This document shows positions 1-13,090 of a DNA stretch of 64,000 nt, piece after piece (position 1 is the stretch's first letter; each line of letters begins with the position of its first letter). Under the pieces are notes generated by a model. That model did not search any database, had not been told where the DNA came from, and saw nothing but the letters and a program-made list of their open reading frames with translations. This DNA is from Ramazzottius varieornatus (taxonomy: Eukaryota; Animalia; Tardigrada): contig BDGG01000005.1 in the NCBI GenBank assembly GCA_001949185.1, positions 1,353,249-1,417,248 of the forward strand. Reading direction: 5' to 3'. The translations under genes were made by a program, and so were the position numbers.

Positions 1-1508
1 ACCGGGGTGTCTACAGCTTAACGGGGCGTGATAGTGGTGCCTATAGCATCACCCTTTTCACGATCGAGATGGAATGACCAGGAAGTGAGATACGGAAATT
101 CAATGGCGGGCCTTGGAATGTACGACAGATGCATGTATCTGAGTCTGGAGATTGCTTGGTGATAACCATGGCTCGGCCATTACCCCCACAAAACCAAAAT
201 CATGGAAACATTTGTAAGAAATTAACCGTGAGCAAACCCAAAAATTCGGCTCCGTCACCCACTCTTCCGTATTCTGTACTATCTCCAGTCGATTTTGGGT
301 TAAGATGGATATTATGGTTATTTAGAACTTGTCTGGACAAAACATCAGATATAACAGTATATACAAATTAGGACGAGCGGTCGCCATGGCATCGATTGCT
401 TTACTCAAAAAAATAACGTTTCTTCCAGGAGACTAAATTGAAATCGACAAATTATCAGGTGCGGAAGTATGACCTGTATTTTCGAACAGCAGCTTCGAAA
501 ATTTTTTCTCCGTTCTGAAGCCAAGTAATTTATCCCAAACCTTTTTACATATGATGCAGCACTATTTAGCTTTTGAACAACCTCATGGAAACTCAAATGA
601 AATGTGTTCGTGGAGCAGCAAAATCAGTTTAGCGGCTGCTTTCTGTAAACCCGCCACTTTCTGGAAAACAATACTTTCGAGCGCCCAGATCCTTTTGGAA
701 ACCTAATCATGCTTGCAAAACATATTCTGATGGTCTCTCTTTCAACAGCACCATCAAATTTTCTCTCAAACTTTTGGCTGCCAAAGTTGTCCGGGGGAAA
801 CTTGGACACAAGTCCAAACCCTAAACTCTGCCTTGTCGGAGCTGAGTAAGCTCAAGCGCAAAGTGACTTGGACTTAAAATACAGCTCTCCCTGGTGCATT
901 CATTGAACATCTCACAGGAAGGTTTCAAGGATTCTGTGAAATAGGAAAAATTTAGTTCCGGCTACCTCACTGAAGTAAATCATTTTAAAGATCGTTTTCT
1001 GCACCCGGAAAAATGCGATTTCTTATCTTGGAAAAACCAGAAGTCGCAATGAGATAACTCCTGACTGCTGCCACGGAGAACCAACTAAGTTCAATAGACT
1101 GACACGATTCCCTTCGAAATCGGTCAAGCCAGTGGCTGAAAAGAAATTCGGAAAAACAGGGAAGAAATCTTCCCCCGCTAACTATAAACCTAGCGTTTTT
1201 CCTCCCGTGGGCAAAACACGGACTTGATTCTTGCTGCGGAAAAAAGAAGAGTATTGGTGGACAACCCACCACATAAAGCAGAAGAGAAAAGACAAAGATC
1301 GCACCCGCAAAAAAATTCCAAATGTTTTCCCTCGAAAAGGGAAAAGTCTAACTCCCGCACTTGATACTGGAATGCTTCTTGAATGTCACGCAGTACGTCA
1401 TCATACACGTTAATTGTGTCCGTCGGACGCCAAATTATTTGGTTCGGCTAATCAACAATCCATGATACAATAAACTGCCTTTCAAATGGCCTTTCCCAGT
1501 AAGTCGGT

Positions 1509-2367
1509 TTATTCCACAGAGGTAAAGCTGTATTCGAGAGTGCAGTTCAGATCTTCAACGTTCTCATCGGCTAACATGTACAGGGGTTCGGGCAAAATAT
1601 TTGCAGCAACAAAAGACTTTTCTACAGTGGAAGTTTTGATCCTATGCCAGGCTTCAGATACAAAATAAAGGGATTCCTGACGTACGGCTTTTTCAGGTAG
1701 CCCTTCTTGGTAACTTCTGTGCAGTTGTCTCTCCATTGATGATAGGACTGCTCCAAGTGACACTTTAATGGATAGTTGACACCAACATCAAGTGGCTGGT
1801 ACTTTCCAGTCAGCCCTTTCGGAATAAAAATTTGCTCCATTCCTTTACTCTCCAGCAGCGCCCGGTTTTCATAACTCAAATGCGCCGGCGCGTGGTCCCT
1901 AGACAAGTAGCTTCCTTGTTCTTTCTCGTCAAAGGTAGACTCAATCCATTGGATATCCAGACAAGACTGCCACCATCCGGAGGCTGCAACCACGGAGTGC
2001 TTGGATCTACTGTTTCCGACCGGAAGTGCTGTTCGATACAAAAACGCAAAATACCGGACTTACTCGTACTAAAAACCACAACGTTTTGCGGAATGTCCAA
2101 CTTCTCCGGAATACTCTGAGACAGCTTCCTGGTCTTCTTGTTCCCCTTGAAGGTAACTACGGCAGGGAATTTGTATCCGTCGGCAGCAATAGCTAGACCT
2201 ACTGTGAAGTTTTCTTTTGGCCCGTTCGGATCTATCACGTATACTTCCTTTACTCCTTTCGGTGACAGCGTTTTCTTGTGAGTATTTTGAAGCTTTACGG
2301 AGGTTTCGTCGAAGTTGATCAGTCTACTCGGCGGGGTGTTGTTCAGGGTGACGATTTCTTCCACCAT
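1509..2367 (-). pseudogene. pogo DDE_1 transposase catalytic domain, frameshifted
   Basis: Three overlapping ORFs in different frames carry consecutive DDE_1 motifs: NFDET, DHAPAH, QPLDVG, EAWHRI. Confidence 0.85.
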
Positions 2368-2474
2368 ATCCAGAGACTGCCTCTTTCTCCTTTAATAGCG
2401 AAAAGTGTTCAGTAGACGCATGACGTCATTTCTCATGCAAGAATCAATAAGGGGAGCTGAAAGGCGATTATGAC

Positions 2475-4688
2475 TAGAGCTGTTAATGGTTTGAACCATA
2501 TGGTTTGGTCTAAGTGGTGGTTTCCCGGCCAAACCGGTTTTCTGCAAATGGTTTCTCCTGCAAACCATCGAAAGCGGTTTGGTCTAAAACGTAAACCAAG
2601 CCATTTAAACCACGCCACATAAACCACTGGTCTAAACCGGTTTGATTCGGACTGACAGACTGAAAAGTTTACTGTTCCATCAAGGAGCCAATCTCCTTCT
2701 CATCCAACTCGCACAACGCATCCCAAGACTTCAAACACATAACCGCCTGAACAGCTACCGGCTCTATAGAGTTTCTCACGGCAGTGATCACCTTACCACT
2801 GCCGGAAAAAGAACACTCGGAAGGTACGGAAGAAGCACAAGCTGCAAGAAAATCTTTGGCAATTTCAGCCAAGACAGGATAAACGGAAGAGGATAAGTTC
2901 CAGAATTCCAGAACGTTTCTTTCGATCGGCTCTTTAGGTGCATCAAGGTACTTGTCGACTTCGTCCGTAAGGGGCAGGTTAGCGTTCGAAGTTACCTTCG
3001 CGTGTAGCTTTGCTCGGATGGTACTACCCGAAGTAGGGGTTGTCGGTGGAAGACTGCCGGTTGCCTTTTTAAAAGCTCTGGCTCTGCTGCGAGCTGCTTC
3101 GTAAAGCTTTACGAGGGTCTTGAGCTTCCCGCGATGCTTTGCGCGTTGTTCTTCGTCGTTGTATTCCCCATCTTTGATAGAAGGGTCCAGCATGCGCGCA
3201 ACTGCAGGAAATGCAAACTCACCTTCAGCAGTCCATTCATCCACGACGATCTCTTCGAGCTTTCCCAACATTTTGGTTGCCAACGCAGATATCCATTCAG
3301 GCTAGGACAAGATCGGAAAACAACCTAATTAAATATTCAAACGAGCATGTTTACTGAAGTATACGAAGATGTTTCTGCACACTAAGACCGAAAATTCAGA
3401 ATGTAATCTGATTACCTTCAGTTCGTCCCGGGTGATTTCTCTCAAATGGCACCGTAGATACAGAAGCTGAGAAAGACCCAGACGGAACGTTGGAGTCTGC
3501 AACAAATGAGAAGGATTAATATACATTTGACATCATAACCGCACAAAATTTTTCTCGACAGTAACGTTTTACTCGTACCTGAGGCGAAATTCAGTATTAT
3601 TGCGAATATTCTTCCAGAAGGTGGCCGTACCTTATAAGCGGAACATTCGACGGTAACTTGTTCGAGTGGCTTCAGAAGCTGAACCATGTCATCAATCTCC
3701 ATCCACTCTTCGTCGGTCAGCTTCTGCTTGATGATGTCACCCTTCTTGGTTGAAATATAGTTCGTGATGCTTTCTCGCTGCTCAAATGCAGCCTCAATCA
3801 TGTTAAGGACGCTATTCCATCCTGTGGAGACATCGAGCGGAAGGCACAGGTTACTTCTTTCGGCGAACTTGAGGTACTCTTCGTCTATCGTCGGTCTGTG
3901 GATTACGATACTAACGATCAAACTTTGCCGACTATGTCTGCCTTCTCTCCTCTAGCGACTCTCGCAACAGTCTGGACCAAGTGAGCAACACACCAAATCC
4001 GGAATGACGGCACTAAAAAGAAAAAGCAACTAAAACGTAAATACGTACTCCGCAAAACAATTCATCAGATCACTTCACACTATTAAGTGATGAATTTTAC
4101 CATCAGCTGAGTTTCTTCCGAAAAGTCGTCGATCTTTTTCCGTGTCGAGTGACAGTACTCTAAGCATAGCTTTCATGGCTGCAGCTCCGTCGGTAGTACA
4201 GCAAAGGATCCTGTGCTGTAAGTTGTGCTCTTTCAGCGTGTCGAGAATGACGGCTTTCATATTGTCTGCCGTGTGGCTAACTGGAAGGTAGCGGAAGTCG
4301 AGGACAATGTTCTTGAAAACCCATTCGTTGTTGATCCAGTGAAGCATGATCACCATGTACGACTGTCTTTTCGATCTTGCCTTCCACATGTTACAAGTGA
4401 TTGAAAATCTAATTGTAACGCTCTTGAGCTCCGCGATGACAGCTTTGCGACGCTCTACATAGTCGTTCACGAGCAGCTTACGCAATGTCTGCCGACATGG
4501 TACCTGTGAAAGATTGACAAGGCATGGAAATATCTAGAATGAATCTGCAAGTGGTGGCAGGTAGAATAATTAATTACCTTGTAAGCCGGGTTCAGACTTT
4601 TGGAATAAGCAACGAAGTACGGATCTTCAACGGTACTTACCGCTTAGACCATTTTGAAAATGGTCTGGTCTGGTTTTTAACAGCTCTA
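2475..4688 (-). mobile_element. hAT DNA transposon, internally deleted and frameshifted
   Basis: TIR TAGAGCTGTTAA (2475) / TTAACAGCTCTA (ends 4688). Perfect 8-bp TSD ATTATGAC at 2467-2474 and 4689-4696. AAACC/GGTTT subterminal repeats. Confidence 0.95.
2669..4485 (-). pseudogene. hAT transposase remnant (catalytic core plus C-terminal dimerisation domain)
   Basis: Motifs SITCNMW..YMVIMLHWI, HTADN, TTDGAAAM, DVSTGWNS and LEFW..YPVLAEIAKDFLAACASSVPSECSFS. Split over several frames, with the first catalytic D and the TRW motif altered. Confidence 0.9.
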
Positions 4689-4777
4689 ATTATGACTTTG
4701 AGCTAACGTCAGAGGTTCAAATTCAATATCGACAAACAAACTTACTACGTTTTCATGGGTCATGTTGAACTTTCATC

Positions 4778-5032
4778 CTACGTGCGTGGGAGATCTTTCA
4801 CGATGTTGCGTCGTTTCTGGTACTTGTAAAGCCAACCTCTGGACGCTTTGAACCCTTCAATGACCATTCCCTTCGCCACCTGTAAAGCAGTTCGTCGGAT
4901 ATCCGATTCCGGAACCCTCTTTCCTGACTTCCGAGCTTCATATCTTCGGTAGATTTCGTCGTCCATTCCCAAAGACCGCGGCTTCTTTCCCCCTTTCCAC
5001 TTCTGCGGAAGTTTCTCACTGAAAAATGGCAC
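4778..5032 (-). pseudogene. pogo transposase N-terminal HTH_CENPB fragment
   Basis: ESDIRRTALQVAK...GFKASRGWLYKYQKRRNI matches the Tc5/CENP-B HTH pattern. Confidence 0.8.
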
Positions 5033-6379
5033 AGCTTGTGGGACGGAACTGTCTTATGAGTAATTATCACGTCACTTACGTATTATCCAGGTTAATTACA
5101 GTCATCCGCGAATTGTGCCTTCCGGTATCTTGTGCTCCTTTGCAAAATTTTTTAAGGGTTTACCGGATTTCTGAAACAAATCAGCGATGCGTTTCGCTTC
5201 TCCCACGCCGTACTAATTCTGCTTCCGAATCTTGACGACATGTCTGAAAGCTTAAAAGAGAAGAACCAAATATCCTATCTCCACAGTAGTTGTCAACACG
5301 TGCTTCGGTGAGACAATCAGACAATCTAGTCTGTATGAAATTTGTTAGGGCTCCGCTTGCGGACAAAATTAGCGCGCATGATGACGTGCTGCGTGAGATT
5401 CAAGAGGACACGGTTTTTAGCGCCATTTCAGATCATTGGTGTAATCGCATTTCCGAAGGAACCCTTTTACTCACTGGATGGGACACTCATAAACAGCTCG
5501 GCAATATCGAGTTCGCTAATCAGCCTCCCCAACCAGTACCGCCTCTCGTTTGATCTGTGGTCAGATTTACGAAAAATGAGGGACTCGGGTGAACTGCAGA
5601 AGTGGCTACAGGGGGCGCAGCCTCTGTTATGAACGGGGTACGATCAGAGGTGGGCTAGCGCTGAACCGTAGGGTGCCTGGAATGACAGCGCTATATCGTT
5701 CGAAAAATAAAGAACAACGTTCTTAATTTTTCTAGAGACGGGAAAATGACAGCAACCCAATTTCAACCATAAAAACAGATGAGTTTGAAGTCCTTTTTGA
5801 TAACGACGACAGTTGCAGTTGAGGTTACGTAAATCGTTCGCGTAAGGGCGAGCCACTTTTAAAGCGGGTAAGTATAACAGGAAGAGCCATAATTTACAAA
5901 TCATACTGGATACATTATCAGCGGGCCGAAGGCCGGATAATGCTTTGCGATTTCAAAATATCTAGACGTTCAAAAACTGATGTGCATGCTGTATGATGAT
6001 AGCAGTACTCAAAGCAATTTTTAGGGAGTGACATTAAGAAAAAAAACTGAGTGGTATCGAACTGTTGCTTGAATTACGAGGAGCGAGGTCCAACTTTACC
6101 CCGTTTGCCGAACTGGCAAATTCTTGACCCACTGACAACTTTCTCCAAAACCTTCCACTTCCAAAACTCCAAACTAATTCCTCACGGGATTGATTTACGG
6201 GATGGCTGACGAAAAGTACAAAGCGATATCGGGATAGGAACGGGTGAATCCAGTTGTATGGGTGCATTACTCTCGCAAGACGATGTCGGATGGCTGACGT
6301 CCTCGGCTGACGTCGAGGACGGAGTCGTCGTCGAGTGATGCTACGGATCCACACCTTGTTGACGTTGTACTTCACGGTC

Positions 6380-9300
6380 ATCTGCAGTACTCAATGGTCA
6401 TAGCCTCATAGCGATAGACACATCTCTGCAATCTGCATGTCTGACTGACTTCGCCAAAGTGGTTGTTCAGTGGATCACACGTTGCTGTTTCCTCAAGTCC
6501 AAAGCTTTAGATCTCGCAGCATCTTCCAGGATTCTTCTTCGGACTAGTTCTACAGTCCAACTGTGCAAAAGACTCTTCCTATCAGACAGGGAATAGCGAG
6601 GAAGGGACTAAACGGCACCAGCAAGCTGGATATCTACATGATTATCGATCTCTCCTGCATCATGTCGTCCCAGGATCCTCCTGTTACTGCAAGGAGTGCG
6701 GTGCTACTCTGAGAGCAAGAGGCTTCAGAAGTCATCCGGGTAGCCAGAAGTGCAGAAATCAAGCTGAAAGAAATAAACGGGACGTCCAAGCAGCCCAAGA
6801 CAGACAGCTGATACCTCGAACAGCTGTATTGCCCAGAGTCGACTCCGACCTACCCCTGGAATCGCTACTTCAGAATCTGAGATCCTCCACCAAGATACTC
6901 CACAGGATCCCTAAATCAGCGAGGAAGTTAGCAGCCCAGAGCCTGACAGACAGAATCACAAAAGTGGTCGAGCTGAATACTGATCTAGTCTGGCGAGAGC
7001 TCCTCCTGTTCGCTCTTACAGGACTAAAGAAACCTGAACCGCAAAAAGGGAAGAAGCAAAGCCTCACTTCAACAGTGAAGAAGAAACTTTCCAGGCCAAA
7101 GATGGTTGTAGGTTTAGCTGGGAAAGCGACAAAAGAGAAGAAGGACAGTACGGACGCAACGCTCAAAAAGATCGTTGAAGGGATGCTGAATGATGCGGAC
7201 ATCAGTGGAGCCCTTACAGTCCTGTCCTCCGAAGACATCGTTGCTGTCCCATCGCCGGAAGTCCTGGAAAATCTGCGCTTGGAGCATCCGGCAGAAGCAG
7301 CTGGTTCGAGCTTCCGGGAACCGCCCGACCCAACTCAACTGCCTGATGACGTCACGGTTGATGAGATCATGGCCGCCGTGCAGAGCTTCCCCAACGGCTC
7401 TGCCGGAGGCATTGATTGTTTGCATCCCCAGCTTTTGAAGGATATGCTGGCGGGCGCGGCAGATGGCACCACCACGGCGCTGGCTGAAAGGCCAGGCTAG
7501 TAACACTGATCGTCCAAGGAAGAGTTCCGACTTCCATCACCAGCATCTTCTTCGGGCTTCACTCACTGCGCTGAAGAAAACAGATGATAGTATCAGGCCG
7601 ATCGCCGTCGGGAACACTCTTAGTCGTCTTTCTGCCAAGATCGTCAGCAAGAGAGTCGGCAAAGAGATGGAGAAGCGAGTTACATCAAGTGGGCTGTGGA
7701 ACAAGCGGCGGAACTGAAGCGACTGTTCACGCTGCTCGTTGTTTCCCTGAGAATGAAGATGATAGTTGTTGTGTTCTGTTGAAGATCGATTTCAAAAATG
7801 CCTTCAATACGATCCATAGACAAAAACTGTTGGATCTAGTCCGTGAAGTTCTCCCGAACCATTACTCTTTCTTCTGACAATGCTATAGGTTTCCTTCCAA
7901 GCTCATCTACGGACAGCACATCCTGGCTTCAGCAAGAGGAGTTCAGCAAGGGGATCCGTTGGGTCCTGTGCTCTTCTGTCTGGCCATCGAAGCTCTCACC
8001 AAGAAGCTCACTTCTCCTTTCAACCTGTGGTACTTGGACGACAGAACCATCGGGGGAGGGGGGGGGGGAGGAGAGACTGCAGCAAGGTGCTCACGGACTT
8101 CTGTACGGTGAGTTCCGAAGGGATACGCATCGGTCTCGAGCTGAACCCGTCGAAGTGTGAGCTCTTCCTACAGGGTGGCACAGCAGGAGAAAGGGAAAAG
8201 ATACGGAGGGCATTCATCTTGGTTTGTCCTGGGATCATCTTCCCGTCTCGCGCAGAACTCACCCTCCTCGGAGCTCCGCTACTACAAAAAGCCCTGGAGC
8301 CTGCCATTGAAGAGAAGTAAGCTGTCTGTACTGACATCAAGACTAAATCTTCTTTTCTCTCACCAAGCGCTGGTTTTGCTGAAAAACTGCCTGGGGCTCC
8401 CCAAGCCGCTCTACGTCCTTTGCTGCTCGACCACCTGGAAGGCACCTGCAGCATTGCGAACCTTTGACGATGTCCTTCGTCGCAGCGTAGTAGAGATCAC
8501 GAAAAACAGTATGGATGGCTCCACATGGCTTCAAGCTTCCTTGCCCGTTAGTATAGGAGGTCTGGGCATCAGACGCACGGAGAGGATCGCGCTCCCAGCC
8601 TTTATGGCTTCGATCCACCCTGTGCAGGCGCTGGTGCGCTCCATCTACCCGGGAAGCGACCTGGACAGCCTCGTCAACGGCGGACTGGACCAATGGCCAC
8701 TTGTGACCGCTCTTCGCCGACGGCAGCGTGCCTGGGACCTTCCTATGGTGACGGTGGAATTCGGAAGTCTGATGGACCAGAGCGATATGACAAGCAAGGC
8801 AAGACTGATGGCTGTTTCGACAAAGACCTCCGGAACCTGGCTGCACGCTCTGCCGGTTTCCTCACTTGGGAATCTCCTCGACGACAACACACTGCGGATC
8901 AGCTTTGGGCTGCGGCTAGGATCGAGACTATGTCAGCCTCACATGTGCCGCTGTGGAGAAGTAGTCGACCAGTATGGGCTCCACGGTCTGAGCTGTCTGA
9001 AGAGCGCGGGACGCCACAGTAGGCACGCTAGCCTGAATGAGTCGGTGCGAAGAGCCCTCTTTTCAGCACAAGTTCCGGCGGTTGTGGAACCACTAGGACG
9101 TTCGCGAGACGATGGACTGAGACCTGATGGAAAGACCATGATACCTTGGAAGAATGGGGAGGAATTAGCTTGGGATGTGACTGTGGTAGATACATTGGCG
9201 AAGTCCTACGTCGGAAAGACAAGCGAGATAATGGGAGCTGCCGCCGAAGACGCGGAAGAGAGAAACATCCAGAAATACCAAGGCATCGCTTCACAGTGCC

Positions 9301-9630
9301 TCTTCGTTCCTTTGGGATTCGAGACCTTCGGATCTTGGAGACCTGCAGCGACGGAATTGATCAACGCGATCGGGAAGAAGCTTGTCGAGTTTTCTTTTGA
9401 GATTAGATCTGTTCAAATTTTTCAAACAGCGCTTGTCTCTTGACATACAGCGAGGTAATGCTTTTTGTGTTATGGGTACTGCGAAGGAGACTAAAGGACT
9501 CGAATATTTTACGTTTCGAATCTTAGGAAGGGAAGAACCGTGTTTACGTAACCTGTTCATTTTGATTTAGTCTCCTGTTTCATTGTGGTTTTTTTTGAAG
9601 TAAGAGTTATTCGTTTGAATAAAGCAATTC
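6380..9630 (+). mobile_element. CRE-like non-LTR retrotransposon (RT + restriction-like endonuclease), frameshifted; 5' boundary approximate
   Basis: RT motifs SAGGIDCL, IRPIAVG, KIDFKNAFN, GVQQGDPLGPVLF, YLDD (8031). C-terminal CRCG..HGLSC, RHSRH, RPDG..WDVT typical of RLE clades. Zinc-finger-like CKECG near 6690. AATAAA near 9618. Confidence 0.88.
6829..9443 (+). pseudogene. RT/RLE-endonuclease polyprotein of CRE-like LINE, broken by several frameshifts and stops
   Basis: Consecutive ORFs 6829-7500, 7463-7717, 7584-7877, 8027-8320 and 8157-9443 together give an ordered RT-RLE protein. Confidence 0.88.
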
Positions 9631-9869
9631 TATATTCAGTTCCTCACTATCCTCCAGAACTCAGTACCATTCTGAGCGAGACGTGTGCGAGATCCATACG
9701 GGAAAGTTTTTCAAAGAATTTTTATTGGCGATCTCTTTTGGTTCGTGGGAAAGACCGATGTTTGGACTACATTCTGGTCGTTCAGGCTCCTCCCTAAACT
9801 TGTCATGTGACGGGACATACGCAACCGAAAAAGGCTCTGTTTTTCTTTGTCCGAGCCACCGGTGCCCAC

Positions 9870-10033
9870 CGGTTGATTGATTGAAAAGTCGTCCCGATTG
9901 TTACGTGATCAGAAAGTTCAAGGTATCTTCTGAAGAATAGTTTTTGAATTACGAAAATTGGATGCCGGGCAGGGGAGATATAAGGAAGCAAAGGAAGGCT
10001 ATGGGGTGGCCATGACTATCGACCGTGACTGTA
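9870..10033 (+). repeat. Interspersed repeat, probable right end of a TA-target MITE (ends GTGACTG|TA)
   Basis: Similar to 22501-22663. The terminal motif GGGGTGGCxATGAC..GTGACTGTA recurs at ~33613-33647. Confidence 0.5.
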
Positions 10034-11904
10034 TAGGCTTTACAACAGCGTCCTGTCTAGTCCCTTAATTTGATTGGCTGTAGCCAGCTGACACCATCTA
10101 ACGCCCAGTTTCGAAGGGTTACTTTGGTTGTTTTGAGTATTTAAGACGCTGACTTGGGGTAATTCGGGTCAATCAATTCTTAGTGACCTATTACGCAATG
10201 AATCTCTCCCAAACTTCCCTTCACCATCGAATTAATTTACCCTCTGCCGACAGCTTTTACATACGCTGCCTGAATAGCTCGATCTCCGCATTTCCCAAGA
10301 TTACTACTGCCGTGCACTGTAAATTTCCACATTTAGGGCTTTCATCGAAACATCGGGTGATTCAAAAGTGATGCACCAAGTTTTTGGGAAACGTCTAGCC
10401 GACCATTACTGTCTAAAGCTTTACATGTGGACTTTCGGAAACGTACGCTCCGCGGAGAAACCGTTTAATCCAAAAGCACAAGATCAACCAGACATGGTGG
10501 AGTTCGAGAAGGCGGACGGAACTGAACGACATCTCTGGATATCGAGTGAAACTTTCAAAAGTAAGTCAAACAGACTCAACGTTTTCCAATGCTTTCAGTT
10601 TGCACACTAAAAGTTTCCCCGTGAGTCCATTTTGTTCAGAACGAGCTCAGCCTACGAGGTATACTTAGCCCGAACTGAGCAACGTTTTCGATATTTAGAG
10701 CGCCATTCTTCTGCGCTGCCCGTTTCCGTTTTTCTTCAACATCAACAAGCTTCGAGCGAGCCAAAGGCGAAGCGAACAGCTTATAACTTAATATAATTTG
10801 TAGAGCTGACCTGTGTCATTTTGTTAGCTTCTAGCGGCCCGACAACGGGTTAGCGATGGACGTGGCCTGATCTATATGCTCAAGACTGGAGCTGTGTATT
10901 CGTGAGAGTCGGTGAGACCATAGTCTGTAACCGCATGTTGACCCAAGGTAGTACGAGCGGCGTACCACCGAATTCGCAACCTCTAGCAAAGCGGCATTGT
11001 TCTGTCACAACATAAGTCTATCATGTATTAACGTAAACTCCGTAGGCAGGGACACCACTGTCAAAGGTCATCACCAGACAGGAGGACCTTTGCATCGCCG
11101 AGGGCCTTTGCGTCACCTTTGCATCGCCGAGAAACCTGTCCATCGCCCTAGTTTCAATTCTTGAGCGTGTCTTCTATTCTAGCTCATAGCCACATGTCCA
11201 TCAAATCATATATTTGCAGCTGGCTAAAGAGGGTGTTTCTTGCTTCGACACAAGGAGCGAGGCCCTACTTTTGCCATGAGCGTACTTTGTCCAGTCAAGT
11301 TCTGAAGGTGCCGTTGCCAGTTGCGAGATCACAGTAAAATTAGCTGGCACTCACAAGTCAACTACTGCTTTCTCTCCGGTAATTTCCCTACGTCACTCGA
11401 ACGGTGTTTACGAACAATGCAACAGTGAGATTGCGGTATACGCCACAATGACAAAAACGTGTCTTCATCAGACTCAATTAAGGACATGCAATCAATCGTA
11501 CAGTAAGAGTGCCTGAACTAGCTTCACAAAAGGTAACCAGCTGTTCAACAGCAGGCTCTTCGGATTAGTAAGACACCTCGTTTTCGCAGAATTGCATCGT
11601 GCTTTTTGTTGCGCTTTTCTTTGTCAAAAAGTTGTTCTCATTCAGATCATACTTTGGTTTTCGAACCTGCTTGGGTGATTGCTGTGAAGGATGGGCAGAC
11701 TAAGGAACCGACCTTGCAAACTTCGATTCACAACAGTAACCAGCTGTTTACAAACTAAAGTCATAATGTCGTAGCGATGTGACGTAGATGGAAAGCTGGC
11801 TGCCTGCCTCGCAAACTCCGTAACATTAGTATCGTCTGTGGCGTAAGGGAAAATGGACAAAGTTTTAACCGTTCCGCGTTTGCAGAGAAACGCAGGCCTT
11901 GATT

Positions 11905-12064
11905 CAAGGACGTATTGAGGTCCCTAAAAGGTCCGCAATTCGGCCCTTTTTCTACGACGTTGCCTGTCAGGACCATGCCCGGCATAACCCGGACTGACAT
12001 TCCATAAAAACTTCGTAGAAAAAGGGCCAAATTGCGGACCTTTCAGAGATCTCGTACGTCCTTG
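11905..12064. mobile_element. hAT-type MITE, 160 bp
   Basis: ~50-bp imperfect TIRs (CAAGGACGTA.../...TACGTCCTTG). 8-bp TSD CCTTGATT at 11897-11904 and 12065-12072. Confidence 0.85.
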
Positions 12065-12453
12065 CCTTGATTTAATGATTGTCACACGTGCTACACAGAA
12101 GTACAGCCTGCTCTGACGACAGCGCTTCATGCTGACATGTCTTCTCGGAACGTGGACAGATTTCGCCAAACTTACTTTCAGAATGTAGACGAAAGCTCAC
12201 TCCTCAGAGCCAAAGCCAAGGACGAATGAGGAACACTGGCTGTAACGGACGTCTTTCTTCAAACAACCATCTTCAAGTGTGGCATCTCCACTTCCGGGAC
12301 GTCATGCGGAAGACGGGAAGCTGCCAGTTGAACTGGTGTGAATTCTCTACTTCACATTCATTTTCCCTCATACAGTTCACGGATTAAGAACTAGGTTTAA
12401 GCTACAGTTCGATAGCTGGATGCTTTCAATCTGGCCACTGTAAATTTGAGATA

Positions 12454-12598
12454 CTGTAAATATTCGTTGCGTCCGCGCAGTACGTCATCGTACAAGTGAA
12501 GTATAGCCCCGGTCCAGTTTCACGGATTGCGCAACCCCCTGTAGAGGTGCAGCGCCACGTACGTGTACGTACTGCGCGGACGCAGCGAATATTTACAG
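12454..12598. mobile_element. 145-bp TA-target MITE, pogo-related (copy 1)
   Basis: TIR CTGTAAATATTCG..GTCCGCGCAGTACGT flanked by TA on both sides. A close copy lies at 53338-53482. Confidence 0.9.
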
Positions 12599-13090
12599 TA
12601 TGTGCGTGAGAGCGATTCAAAGAGAAGAAGCCAACTCTCTCGGTAGGCTGTCAATGGATGTTGAGTACATTGCAGCAGAAGGACAGCCTTCAGAATTCGT
12701 AGATTATACCGCAGATTTCATAACAAGCAGGATAAGCCGTTCCAGATGGAGGGAGAGAAAGAAGGCAAGCCGTCGATGGCGCAGAGAAACAGGATTTTCG
12801 AAAGCAAAGCGTTTTCGCTCGGAAGTGGACGTTTTAGCCGTTCCGATTTCGAACGAAAACGGCGGTCTGACGTCATCATTAACCTTTGGCCCACCTTGAG
12901 AAACGTGGGATTTTGACAGGTTGGGCACATATGTGGTTTACGTAGCCCGGCTTGTTGTGCCCTCTGTAGAAAGCGTGCTCCCTAATATCGAATGAATTTC
13001 TCGAAAGATTTCCACTCAGGAATTTCCCCTGGAATTTCCACTTTTTCTTGCTTCTGACTAAGTAGGAAGATAGCCAGGTGTTCGAAGATA

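Larger units (their letters stand above)
1367..5413 (-). mobile_element. pogo/Tigger-like DNA transposon (HTH_CENPB + DDE_1), degenerate, interrupted by a hAT element
   Basis: Imperfect ~55-bp TIRs: 1367-1421 (TA|CTGGAATGCTTCTTGAATGTCACGCAGTACGTCATCATACACG) and ~5361-5413. CENP-B-type HTH at 4778-5032 (GFKASRGWLYKYQKR). DDE_1 motifs LINFDETSV (1876-2367) and DHAPAH / QPLDVGVNYPLK (1622-2041). Confidence 0.85.

Noticed and set aside
1190-1408. Recurrent peptide DDVLR(D/E)IQE in ORFs at 1190, 5290 and near 26465, suggesting a gene family
   Set aside because: It is the chance translation of the pogo-family TIR, not a protein.
10368-10566. Exon-like ORF ending at GTAAGT
   Set aside because: No recognisable domain and no partner exons could be linked.
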